Assembly (NCBI GenBank): GCA_965222375.1
Contig: CBDCTZ010000008.1
Span: 454,514-518,513, forward strand
DNA from: Polyangiaceae bacterium
GTDB taxonomy: Bacteria; Myxococcota_A; Polyangia; Polyangiales; Polyangiaceae
Length of the DNA stretch: 64,000 nt
Direction of reading: 5' to 3'
In this document: positions 19,552 to 28,612 of the stretch, piece by piece
How the letters are laid out: each line of letters opens with the position of its first letter
Numbering within the stretch: the stretch's first letter is position 1
Translations under genes and position numbers: made by a program
Notes under the pieces: generated by a model
Told to the model about the DNA's origin: nothing
Database searches by the model: none
Seen by the model: only the letters and a program-made list of their open reading frames with translations

Positions 19552-20337
19552 ATGCTAGCGTCCGCGGCGATGGACCTCAGCTACAAGGAACAAACCACGA
19601 AGCTGCAAAATCGAATTCGCGCGCACAAAGAGTTCGCGAACTTCGATATCGAGTCTTGGATCGACACGTACTTGGGACGCAAGCCCCGACGCAACATCCT
19701 GGATGTAGGATGTGGCAGCGGGAATCATTTCGGCGTCTACCTGAAGCATGTCGGCTCCGATGGCCGCGTCGTCGGCGTAGACCGAGAAGCGGCCCTCGTC
19801 GAAACCGCTCGCAAGGAGCACGCCAGTGCAGACAATGTGGAGTTTATCGTCGGCTCCATGGACGACCCGCTCCCATTTCCAGATGCGTCTTTCGACATCT
19901 GTCTATCGAACTTCGCCATCTACAACGCCTCGGACGTTCCGAGCACGCTTCGTGAGATCCGTCGGGTGCTCCAGCCGGGCGGTGAGGTCGTCCTGATTGG
20001 TCCCACGGCCAACAATGCTCGCGAAATCTACGAGTACAACCAACGACTGACGGGCGTCGCGATCGACGAAATCACCCGTATCCGCACCGACCGGTTGCGG
20101 CGAGAGATCCTGCCAATCGCCAGCGAAGTCTTCGGGAAGATGTCGGAAGAGGTCCTGAACTCCTTCCTCCAGTTCCCAAATGCAAACGAGTTCCTCACCT
20201 ACTTCAAGTCCACCATGGCCTATGAAGAAACGGCCGAAAAGCGGGGCGTCACCAACGAGCAAATGAAGGCGGCCCTCGACGGAAACCCCCTAATCATCTC
20301 CAAGGAGATGCTTGCGATCTTCGGCACCAAGGCGTAG
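19552..20337 (+). CDS. Class I SAM-dependent methyltransferase
   Basis: ILDVGCGSG, VVGVD, LPFPDASFD, RVLQPGG. Confidence 0.9.
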   Translation: MLASAAMDLSYKEQTTKLQNRIRAHKEFANFDIESWIDTYLGRKPRRNILDVGCGSGNHFGVYLKHVGSDGRVVGVDREAALVETARKEHASADNVEFIVGSMDDPLPFPDASFDICLSNFAIYNASDVPSTLREIRRVLQPGGEVVLIGPTANNAREIYEYNQRLTGVAIDEITRIRTDRLRREILPIASEVFGKMSEEVLNSFLQFPNANEFLTYFKSTMAYEETAEKRGVTNEQMKAALDGNPLIISKEMLAIFGTKA

Positions 20338-20356
20338 CCACACCCGGCCGGCCCCC

Positions 20357-21037
20357 ATGAAGAAGCTCCTAGTAATCGCACCACACCCTGACGACGAGGT
20401 TCTTGGTTGCGGAGGCACCATCGCCCGTTTCTCCAAGGCGGGCGGCGAGGTTCACGTGCTGACGGTCGCCGCGCACATGCCGCCGATCTTCCCGGAAAGT
20501 GTGCACCTGCAAACCTTGGCGGAGGCACGCCGCGCCCACGCACTTCTCGGTGTGACGCGTTCGCACTTCATGGACAAGCCAGCCGTGCTGCTGGATCAGA
20601 CGCCGGTGCACGAACTCAATGCCGCGGTAAAGGCAATCGTCGACGAAGCATCACCCGACGTTCTTCTCCTGCCCTACTGCGATCGGCACATCGACCACCG
20701 TCAGATCTTCGATGCAGCGTTGGTTGCGGCACGGCCGGTCGGCACCGGCCGCGCAATCCGAATGGTCGCTGCCTATGAGACGCTTTCCGAAACCCACTGG
20801 AATGCCCCGCACGTCGAGCCGAACTTCACCCCCAATTGGTGCGTGGATATCGGGGACACCTTGGAACTCAAGTTGCAGGCGATGCAGTGTTACGAAAGCC
20901 AGGTCCATCCATTTCCAGCGCCCAGATCCTTGGACGCCCTGCGCGCACTGGCCCTTTTTCGAGGAAGTCAGGCCGGAATGGGTTACGCCGAAGGCTTCCA
21001 CGTGCTGCGGCTCTCCGCTCCTGCGGAACTACTTTGA
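20357..21037 (+). CDS. PIG-L/LmbE family N-deacetylase
   Basis: IAPHPDDEVLGCGGTI, DRHIDH, CYESQ, YAEGF. Confidence 0.92.
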   Translation: MKKLLVIAPHPDDEVLGCGGTIARFSKAGGEVHVLTVAAHMPPIFPESVHLQTLAEARRAHALLGVTRSHFMDKPAVLLDQTPVHELNAAVKAIVDEASPDVLLLPYCDRHIDHRQIFDAALVAARPVGTGRAIRMVAAYETLSETHWNAPHVEPNFTPNWCVDIGDTLELKLQAMQCYESQVHPFPAPRSLDALRALALFRGSQAGMGYAEGFHVLRLSAPAELL

Positions 21038-21061
21038 CGTGCACCAGTTCGCCTCAGCGCC

Positions 21062-22234
21062 CTAGCAGTCCAGGCGCGACCCATTCTTGGCGATGCCCTT
21101 TTTGCGCAGCAGAGTCGAGTAGGCCGCGTCCACCCGTTCAACGACGCGCTGAATGTCGTACTCCTGGCGCGCAGCATGACGATTGTGATCTCCAATTCGC
21201 GATCGAAGCGTCGCATCGCTCGCCAGGTTCAGCATTGCTTCTGCCAGGGCTTGGGGATCACGCAGGGGGGTAAGCAAGCCCCAACCCGGCCGAACGACGT
21301 TGCGGCAACCCCGTGCGTCACTCGCGATCAGAGGCTTGCCCATCGCTGCACCTTCGATGAGCACGCGAGGGATGCCTTCGCGCCAAGATGGCAGGACCAC
21401 GACGTCGCACGCCGCAAACAGATCAGGCATGTCTTGGCGCTCGCCCAACAGCACAACGCCCGCGCGCCGCGCGCGGTCGAGAGTGCCGCGGTCGATCCCG
21501 AGACCGCGCTCGGTGTCTTCTGGACCTGCAATGGCCACGCGCACCGCCGGGTTCTTCCGCCTCGCCAGTACGTGCGCCTCGAATAGTTCGACAAATCCTT
21601 TCTCACACACGAGCCGACCCGCCGAAAAAAAGAGCACTTCGCCGGGCTTGACGCCCATTTCTCTTCGAAGCTCCGAGCGCCGCTGGCCCGTAGTGTGATC
21701 CGGGTCGAAATGGCTCAGATCCGCACCGTTCCCGATCAAGTCGAGCCTGCGCGGTGAGGTTCCCCGTGTCTTGACCAGAGTGTTGTAGTCATCTTGTGAT
21801 TGGACAAACACGTGGTCGGCCACTTCGCTGGCGATGCGTTCGAGGGCAGCCACGCCAACGCGAACCGGCAGCCGGCTGTCCAGCGAGTAAATCAAGCCAT
21901 TGTGAGTGTGAACCACAATCGGAGCCCGCGCAGCGACGGCGATGACGCGCCCTAGCAGTCCGATCTTGGCGTTGTGGGTGTGGACGATGTCGAATCGATG
22001 CCCGCGCAGCGTGCGGTATAGATTCCGGATCGCGGCCGCGTCGTGCTTGCTCAAGATCTTGCGCTCGATCTCGTGTGGCAACCAATGGACGCCCGCGCGC
22101 TCGACCTCAGCCACCCGCGGGCCGGGCGGACAGATGCCGAACACCTCCCAGCCACGCTCGATTAGCGGTCGGAGGTGCGGCAGGGAGAGTGCTAGCCCCA
22201 AGTCTGCAGACCAGACATGTGCCAAACGGATCAC
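21062..22234 (-). CDS. GT4 glycosyltransferase (CapM-like)
   Basis: DIVHTHNAK, GRLVCEKG, LPSWREGIPRVLIEGAAMGKP; start approximate (GTG 22234). Confidence 0.88.
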   Translation of the reverse strand: MIRLAHVWSADLGLALSLPHLRPLIERGWEVFGICPPGPRVAEVERAGVHWLPHEIERKILSKHDAAAIRNLYRTLRGHRFDIVHTHNAKIGLLGRVIAVAARAPIVVHTHNGLIYSLDSRLPVRVGVAALERIASEVADHVFVQSQDDYNTLVKTRGTSPRRLDLIGNGADLSHFDPDHTTGQRRSELRREMGVKPGEVLFFSAGRLVCEKGFVELFEAHVLARRKNPAVRVAIAGPEDTERGLGIDRGTLDRARRAGVVLLGERQDMPDLFAACDVVVLPSWREGIPRVLIEGAAMGKPLIASDARGCRNVVRPGWGLLTPLRDPQALAEAMLNLASDATLRSRIGDHNRHAARQEYDIQRVVERVDAAYSTLLRKKGIAKNGSRLDC

Positions 22235-22432
22235 GGTTGCGAAGCTAGCGGACCAACCAGTTCGCCGCAAACATCCGAATCGAGAACACAGGCCTCCATT
22301 GACTGTGCAGGCGGTGCGCCGCCACATGCTTGGCGATACCTGGGCGCCCCAGACCGCCACGCTGGGTTCCTCACAAAGCAAAGGGGCCGCGCGCGATGCG
22401 CGACCCCTTTTGCTCACTCTGTTTCGCCGAAT

Positions 22433-24007
22433 TCAGCGACGACGACGACGGCGAGTCACGCCTAGTGCGGCCAGTGCAGCCAGCATCCAAGCATGTGGCG
22501 CCGCCGGAGCCTGCGCTGGGACGTGACAGCTGCAGCCGCCATCATCCTCGGAGCTGCCGCCCGTGCTGCCACCTGGACCGCCATCGGCGCCGGCATCGGT
22601 ATTGCCCGTGCCGCCAAAGCCGCCAGTCGTGCCAGCTGTACCGCCAGTGGCTACACCCGCGCTGCCACCAGTGGCGGCTCCCGCACTGCCACCAGTGGCT
22701 GCACCCGCGCTGCCGCCAGTGGCTGCACCCGCGCTGCCGCCAGTGGCTGCGCCCGCGCTGCCTCCGGTCGCTGCACCCGCGCTACCACCAGATCCCGCGG
22801 ACCCTCCGCTGGCGCCGGCTGAGCCGCCAGACGCGCCGGCTGAACCACCGCTACCGGCTGCGCCACCGCTCGCTCCTGCCGAGCCGCCCGCACCGGCCGA
22901 GCCGCCACTGCCACCAGCACCGCCTGTCCCACAGTTCGGGATGGGCGTGTTCACGCAGTTGCCACTGGGCTCTGCACAGCTATCGGTCGTGCAGGGATCG
23001 TTGTCGTTGCAATCCTTGGGCGTGTTGACACAGCCCGCTCCTGCCGAGTCGCAGCTGTCCGCGGTGCAGGCCTTCTTGTCGTCACAGTCCAACTTCGTGT
23101 TGACGCACTTGCCGTCTGCGGGGTTGCAGCTGTCTGCGGTGCAAGCGTCTTTGTCATTGCAGTCGACCGGGGTGTTTGCGCAGCCGGTGACCGGATCGCA
23201 ACTCTCTGCCGTACACAGGTTCTTGTCGTCGCAGTCCTTCGCACCGCCAGCTTTGCAGGAACCACCTGAGCACACATCGCCTTCGGTGCAGGCGTTGCCG
23301 TCGGAGCAGGGGGCGGTGTTGAAGGTCTGCGTGCAGGCGCCGTTGACCGGATTGCAGCTGTCATCCGTGCAGACGTTGCCGTCGTTGCACTTGGTGGCCG
23401 GCCCGGAGATGCAACCTGAACCACCAGAGCACTTGTCCCCGATAGTGCACTGGTTGCCGTCGTCGCAAGTTGTGCCCGAAAGCGCGAACGAATCGCGACA
23501 CACCGAAGCATCAGTTGGGTCGCACGACTTGTACACGCAGTTGTCCGCGCCAAACTTGCAGGGGCTCGCGACGACGGTGCAAGTGCCCGCTCCATCGCAT
23601 GCGCCCTCGCAGGAATTGGAGGTGGCGCCAGGACGACAGGCCGCTCCCTTGGCCGCGGCTGCATTAGCGATGCACGCACCATTGAAGCAACTATTGGCGC
23701 AATCTCCAGCGCCCGGCCCGGATGCGCACGCGGATCCATTGATGACGGCGGGGTTGCCCAGTGCGAGACAAATGGGGCCCGCAGGATTGCCCCCGTACCA
23801 GCAATGTCCCTGGCATTCCAGCTTCGGTCCAAGGGGTCCATCTGGATCGCAGGGCAATCCGAAGGTGTTCAGTGTGCATGAGCCGATGATCGCCTCCTGC
23901 GTCTGCGCGACGTTCTCTTCGTTCGTAGGCTCGTCGCTGTCACCTGCGCCGCATGAAACGACAAAGGCGGCCCCTAATCCCGTCAGTAGCAATCCCAGCT
24001 TTCTCAT
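22433..24007 (-). CDS. MYXO-CTERM surface lipoprotein with Cys-rich (Dictyostelium-type) repeats
   Basis: GGAGG RBS, MRKLGLLLTGLGAAFVVS-C; seven CxDxxxCT..C repeats; Gly/Ser/Ala linker; EDDGGCSC + TM + RRRRR tail. Confidence 0.88.
   Translation of the reverse strand: MRKLGLLLTGLGAAFVVSCGAGDSDEPTNEENVAQTQEAIIGSCTLNTFGLPCDPDGPLGPKLECQGHCWYGGNPAGPICLALGNPAVINGSACASGPGAGDCANSCFNGACIANAAAAKGAACRPGATSNSCEGACDGAGTCTVVASPCKFGADNCVYKSCDPTDASVCRDSFALSGTTCDDGNQCTIGDKCSGGSGCISGPATKCNDGNVCTDDSCNPVNGACTQTFNTAPCSDGNACTEGDVCSGGSCKAGGAKDCDDKNLCTAESCDPVTGCANTPVDCNDKDACTADSCNPADGKCVNTKLDCDDKKACTADSCDSAGAGCVNTPKDCNDNDPCTTDSCAEPSGNCVNTPIPNCGTGGAGGSGGSAGAGGSAGASGGAAGSGGSAGASGGSAGASGGSAGSGGSAGAATGGSAGAATGGSAGAATGGSAGAATGGSAGAATGGSAGVATGGTAGTTGGFGGTGNTDAGADGGPGGSTGGSSEDDGGCSCHVPAQAPAAPHAWMLAALAALGVTRRRRRR
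22643..22790 (-). repeat. Six degenerate 24-bp tandem repeats encoding GGSAG(A/V)AT
   Basis: Repeated CCAGTGGCTGCACCCGCGCTG units on the + strand, in frame within the MYXO-CTERM gene. Confidence 0.85.
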
Positions 24008-24146
24008 CTTTTCCTCCGTTGGGCGCCCCCGGCAGCGCCTCTTGATAAGCAAACAAGTAATTCTTACACCAAACCCTAGAGCGCCGCCTGTTCGCATCCG
24101 TTGTCAAAAAATAACCCTTAAGATTCCAATACTTATGCACGGCCCC
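24008..24146 (-). promoter_or_regulatory. AT-rich promoter region of the MYXO-CTERM gene
   Basis: Unusually AT-rich intergenic stretch; TTGACA on the minus strand at 24102-24107, but no well-spaced -10. Confidence 0.3.
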
Positions 24147-25199
24147 TCAGCGCTTCGCGCAAGCACCCAATCCTGCAGCCGCGGGCAAGACCTCCCGCGC
24201 CGCGAGCACGCACGCCAACCCTCGCGTGAAACTCGCCGTGTCCCGATAGTCGAGGTGCGCCTGGTCTGGCACTTCGAAGTCGCCCAGCGCTGGGTAGTCA
24301 CCAGCACGAATGAACGGGCTCCGGGCTCGGGAGGCGATCGGATCCCAATACAGCTTCCGCGGATAACGCTCGTCTAACGAACGACGCATGAGACGACCCA
24401 TCGGCATGCGCAGGAACACCACCTTGCCACCCCGATCCCAGATCTTCTGAGCCATCGCCTCCACTTCCGCAGTCGCTTGCAACCACTGCTGTGGCGTCGT
24501 GTCGGGGTATTTAGCGGCAGCCACTCGCTTCGCTTGCTGTGCTTGGAACGCTTTCAGGTCGTCGATCTTCTGGAAGTCCGCGTGCTGGGAGCGGTCAGGA
24601 AAGGTGATCACATGGTACGGCGCTCGGAATCGTCGCCTCGTCAACGCGACCGCTCCGATCTTCGCTAGGTTCAAGAACGGTCCGGCCATCGCCAAGTGGG
24701 TCTGCACAAACAGCGACGCGCGCAAGTTCCAGGCCGAATCCAACGGTCCGCCGGCGCGATACTGCCGGACCAGGTATTCCTGAGAATCCCAAAACTTCCG
24801 TTCCAGACTCCACTCCGTCGCGTCGCAAATCACAATCCCACGGAATGAATCGTCTGACGCCAGGTCCCGAAGTGCCGCCACGGGCTGGGTACCGTTTACC
24901 GCCAGTTGCACCGGCGTGTGATCCGGATACAGCCGCCGAAACTCCTGCATCGAAAAACCGAGCTCGATGCGCGAACCGCCCAGGAGCACCACCGTCTTGT
25001 CACCCGCGCTGGTGGCCTGGGCACGCCAATGGGTCCACAGCGCAGCGTCATCGGCGACCGACGGCGCGTGCCCCTGGGAGCGAGCAAGAGCCTCTAGGCC
25101 GACTAGCAAACCCACAGCAAGCACGAGCCCGAGGACCCACGCCTTCACCCCAGAGTCGCCGGGCGCAACCGTATTAGAACTGGAAGTAGATGAAGGCAC
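24147..25199 (-). CDS. SGNH-like periplasmic O-acyltransferase partner (AlgJ/DltD-like)
   Basis: N-terminal TM anchor, LLGGSR (GxS block I) and PDQAHL (DxxH); overlaps the MBOAT 3' end. Start may be the downstream GTG (VKAWV). Confidence 0.7.
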   Translation of the reverse strand: MPSSTSSSNTVAPGDSGVKAWVLGLVLAVGLLVGLEALARSQGHAPSVADDAALWTHWRAQATSAGDKTVVLLGGSRIELGFSMQEFRRLYPDHTPVQLAVNGTQPVAALRDLASDDSFRGIVICDATEWSLERKFWDSQEYLVRQYRAGGPLDSAWNLRASLFVQTHLAMAGPFLNLAKIGAVALTRRRFRAPYHVITFPDRSQHADFQKIDDLKAFQAQQAKRVAAAKYPDTTPQQWLQATAEVEAMAQKIWDRGGKVVFLRMPMGRLMRRSLDERYPRKLYWDPIASRARSPFIRAGDYPALGDFEVPDQAHLDYRDTASFTRGLACVLAAREVLPAAAGLGACAKR

Positions 25200-26595
25200 G
25201 GTCGTCTCCCGACATGTTTACGATCCCAACCAGCATTGCGGCCACGGCGACCGCTCTGACCGGCCACCGAGTGCGACCGGCCAATTCCGACAGTACGCGG
25301 CCGCGCATCCACCATTGGTAGGCAAGGATCGCCCCGGTCAAGCCCACCGTAATCACGACGTCTTCGCCGCGCACCATCGATCTGCCAAAGCCAGCCAGCC
25401 CCAGCATGGCCCGAGTCACCGTGAAGGCTTCCCCGAACGTGTCAGCGCGAAAGAAGACCCATGTGACACAGACCAACCCGAAAGTGAGCAATGCACCGAC
25501 AAGCTTCGCAAGTCGACCCGTTGCCCATTCCGAATTCCCGATCAATCGCTTCACCCCCTTCTCCGCAACCAAATAGCTTCCGTGTAGTCCGCCCCAAACA
25601 ACGAAGGTCCACGAGGCACCGTGCCACAAGCCACCCAGTAGCATCGTGAGCATCAGGTTGATGTTCGTCCGAGTTGCACCGCGGCGGTTGCCACCCAAAG
25701 AAATGTACAGGTAGTCCCGCAGCCAGGTGGACAGACTGATATGCCAGCGGCGCCAGAAGTCCGAGAAACCAATCGCGGCGTAGGGGTACCGAAAGTTTTC
25801 AGGCAACTCGAAACCCAAGCATAGAGCCGTGCCGATGGCACACGTGGAGTAACCGGCAAAGTCGTTGTAGATTTGACCTGCGAAAGCCAGCGTTCCAACC
25901 CACGCATCGATGAAGCCCGGAGTCCCCTGTGCGGCGTAGACTCGCTCCACGATCGGCGCGAAGAAGCCATCCGCCAGCACGGACTTCTGCGTCACGCCGA
26001 CGAGAACGAGGGTGGCGCCCCAGGTAAGCCGTTGCCAGTTCAAGACTTTGGGCTTTTCACACTGCGGCAAGAAGTCTACGGCGCGAACGATCGGTCCAGC
26101 AACGAGCTGTGGGAAGAACGTGACGTAGAGAGCGTAGTCGAGGAAACTCCGTCCCGGTCGCATGTTCCCGCGATAGGTATCCAGTGTGTACGATAGCGTC
26201 TGGAACGTATAGAACGAGATCCCGACGGGCAACACGAACCCGAGCTGGACGGGTTCGAATTGGACCCCCGCCGCACTGGCGAGGTACTGGAACGATTCCA
26301 TAGCGAAATCCGCGTACTTGAACAGCGCGAGGATCCCGAGGTTGCTCATCAGGCTCACCGTGACCCAGAGCTTTCGCCTTCCGTCCGTGGGCGCCGCAGC
26401 TATGTTCCGGGCGGCAGTCCAATCCACTAGTGTCGAGAAGACCAGCAACAGGACGAAAGGTGGGTTCCACACGCCATAGAACACGTAGCTCGCAACAAGC
26501 AGCAACGCCTTGCGGGCACGCCAACTCCGCAGCCCGTAGTACAGGGCGACCAGCGTGCTGATGAACAGAAGGAAGGTATAGGAATTAAAGACCAC
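25174..26595 (-). CDS. MBOAT O-acyltransferase (AlgI/PatA family)
   Basis: LPVGISFYTFQ, FFPQLVAGPIVRA, DFWRRWHISLSTWLRDYLYI, GLWHGA, FIYFQF end. Confidence 0.95.
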   Translation of the reverse strand: MVFNSYTFLLFISTLVALYYGLRSWRARKALLLVASYVFYGVWNPPFVLLLVFSTLVDWTAARNIAAAPTDGRRKLWVTVSLMSNLGILALFKYADFAMESFQYLASAAGVQFEPVQLGFVLPVGISFYTFQTLSYTLDTYRGNMRPGRSFLDYALYVTFFPQLVAGPIVRAVDFLPQCEKPKVLNWQRLTWGATLVLVGVTQKSVLADGFFAPIVERVYAAQGTPGFIDAWVGTLAFAGQIYNDFAGYSTCAIGTALCLGFELPENFRYPYAAIGFSDFWRRWHISLSTWLRDYLYISLGGNRRGATRTNINLMLTMLLGGLWHGASWTFVVWGGLHGSYLVAEKGVKRLIGNSEWATGRLAKLVGALLTFGLVCVTWVFFRADTFGEAFTVTRAMLGLAGFGRSMVRGEDVVITVGLTGAILAYQWWMRGRVLSELAGRTRWPVRAVAVAAMLVGIVNMSGDDRAFIYFQF

Positions 26596-26761
26596 GATCG
26601 CTTCGCTCTGCGATTGGGCGGCGGCGCGCGGACGCTACCATAGCGCTCCGCAGCCTGCTATTGAGCCGACGCGGGGCGCTCGGTCGACCCGTGGCAAGCG
26701 CGGGAGGTGCGAATGTCATCACTCCTGCGCGCAACCAACCTCTCCTCGCTCATCGAATCCC

Positions 26762-28612
26762 ATGCCACCGCCAAGCGGCTTTGACCCGAATGTCCAACAG
26801 CGCCCACCCGGGATGCGTCGGTTGCTTGGCGCGGGCACCTACGCCCGTCGGGCATTCGCTTTGGTGTGGGCGACCAACCGGCGGTTGTGCTGGCTCTTGG
26901 TGCTATTCAGCGTGGTTGCTGGGGCGCTGCCGGCAGCAGTGGCCTACGTCGGGAAACTGATCGTCGACAGCGTCCTCCTAGCCCGCTCAGGAGCGAACCC
27001 GGACCAGGGGCAGACCGCACTTCAACTCATCGGCCTGGAATTTGGTCTCGTGGTCGTGCTTCTCGGCGCCTATCGCGGACTGGCCCTGGCAGAAGCGTTG
27101 TTGCGCGTTCAGCTGGGGCAGCGAGTGACCGAGCTCTTGATGGGAAAAGCGCTCGAGCTCGAGATCGCGGACTTCGAGGACCCGCTGGTTCATGACCAAC
27201 TCACGCGCGTGCGGGAGCAGGCGGCCACGCGCCCTCTTAGCTTGGTTCGAGGCGTGCTGTCTGCACTGCAGGATTTCGTCGCTCTGGCGGGCTACGTGCT
27301 GCTGCTGACTCAATTCTCCTGGGCTTTGGTCCTTGCGGTTCTGCTCGCAGGCGTGCCCGCGTTGTTTGCCGAACTGCGTCTCAACGCGGACGCCTTTCGC
27401 TTGTTCAAGGCACATACGCCCGAAACACGCCGGCAACACTACCTGGAGCAACTCGTCACCACAGACGTCGACGCCAAGGAAGTGCGCCTGCATGGCGCGG
27501 GCGCGCTGCTGCGGCGAGAACACCGACGCCTTTTCGAGCGCATGTATGACGAAGATCGACGCTTGGCCATTCGCCGCGGGGGTTGGGGCTTTGGCGTCAC
27601 GGTCCTGGGGGCGCTTGCGCTTGCGTTGGCATACGCTTGGGTTGCGAGTTCCACGATCAACGGTCCCATTACCATCGGCGCGATGGTGATGTTGTTCGCG
27701 GTCTTGCGTCAGTCCCAGGGGACGCTCGCAACACTGGTGGTTTCGACAGCTGGACTATACGAGGACAACCTATACCTCTCCACTCTGTATGACTTGCTCG
27801 AGCGCCCCGTCGGCCCCTGGGCGGGTTGCGCGACCAGCGGACCGCGAAGTGGAGACGGCATCCGCTTCGAGACAGTGAGCTTCACGTACCCAGGGGCCGA
27901 TCGCCCCGCGCTCGACGGCGTATCGTTTCACCTTCCGCCTGGGCGAAAACTGGCGGTGGTTGGGAAGAATGGTGCCGGAAAGAGCACTCTGCTGAAACTC
28001 GCCACCGCCCTGTATCCCGCCTCCGAGGGACGCGTCCTGCTCGACGGACTCGACATGCGGGATTGGGATCGGGCGGCCCTAAGAGGTCGTCTATCTGTCA
28101 TGGTCCAGGACTTCTCTCAATACCAATTCAGCGCGGGACGGAACATCGGGCTTTCAGTGCCGGAGGATCCCGACGACGAGCGTCGCTGGCGGCGTGCGGC
28201 GGAGAAGGCGCAAATCCACGACGATCTGATCGCACTCCCAAGCGGATACAAGACCCAGCTCGGGAAGTGGTTCACATCGGGTCAGGAACTGTCTCTCGGC
28301 CAATGGCAAAGAGTTGCCATCGCGCGCGCCTTCTACAAGAAGGATGCAGAGTACCTGATATTCGACGAGGCCACCGCAAGGCTCGACCCAGTAGCCGAGA
28401 CTGCACTCGCCGAGCGAATACGGAGGCTATCCGCCGACATGGGGGCACTACTGATTTCGCACCGCCCATGGGCGGCGGAGGTCGCCGACGAAGTGCTTGT
28501 CATGGACGCTGGCAGGATTGTCGAGCGGGGCCATCACGACCAATTGCAGCAGACGGGATCCCACTATCGCGCACTTCACGGCGCTGCGCGGGCCCAGCAG
28601 AGCGATCGATGA
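26762..28612 (+). CDS. ABC exporter, fused permease/ATPase
   Basis: 6-TM domain; GKNGAGKST, LSLGQWQRVAIARA, IFDEAT, ISHR. Confidence 0.92.
   Translation: MPPPSGFDPNVQQRPPGMRRLLGAGTYARRAFALVWATNRRLCWLLVLFSVVAGALPAAVAYVGKLIVDSVLLARSGANPDQGQTALQLIGLEFGLVVVLLGAYRGLALAEALLRVQLGQRVTELLMGKALELEIADFEDPLVHDQLTRVREQAATRPLSLVRGVLSALQDFVALAGYVLLLTQFSWALVLAVLLAGVPALFAELRLNADAFRLFKAHTPETRRQHYLEQLVTTDVDAKEVRLHGAGALLRREHRRLFERMYDEDRRLAIRRGGWGFGVTVLGALALALAYAWVASSTINGPITIGAMVMLFAVLRQSQGTLATLVVSTAGLYEDNLYLSTLYDLLERPVGPWAGCATSGPRSGDGIRFETVSFTYPGADRPALDGVSFHLPPGRKLAVVGKNGAGKSTLLKLATALYPASEGRVLLDGLDMRDWDRAALRGRLSVMVQDFSQYQFSAGRNIGLSVPEDPDDERRWRRAAEKAQIHDDLIALPSGYKTQLGKWFTSGQELSLGQWQRVAIARAFYKKDAEYLIFDEATARLDPVAETALAERIRRLSADMGALLISHRPWAAEVADEVLVMDAGRIVERGHHDQLQQTGSHYRALHGAARAQQSDR

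Noticed and set aside
22643..22790. CRISPR-like array
   Set aside because: Contiguous in-frame coding repeats with no spacers and no cas genes.
22563..24377. 604-aa Pro/Val/Gln-rich ORF on the + strand
   Set aside because: Antisense shadow of the repetitive Gly/Cys-rich MYXO-CTERM gene.
27826..28608. N-terminal extension of the 756-aa ORF as an ABC-Wzx fusion
   Set aside because: It is an off-frame read of the ABC gene; wzx starts at ATG 28609 with an ATGA overlap.
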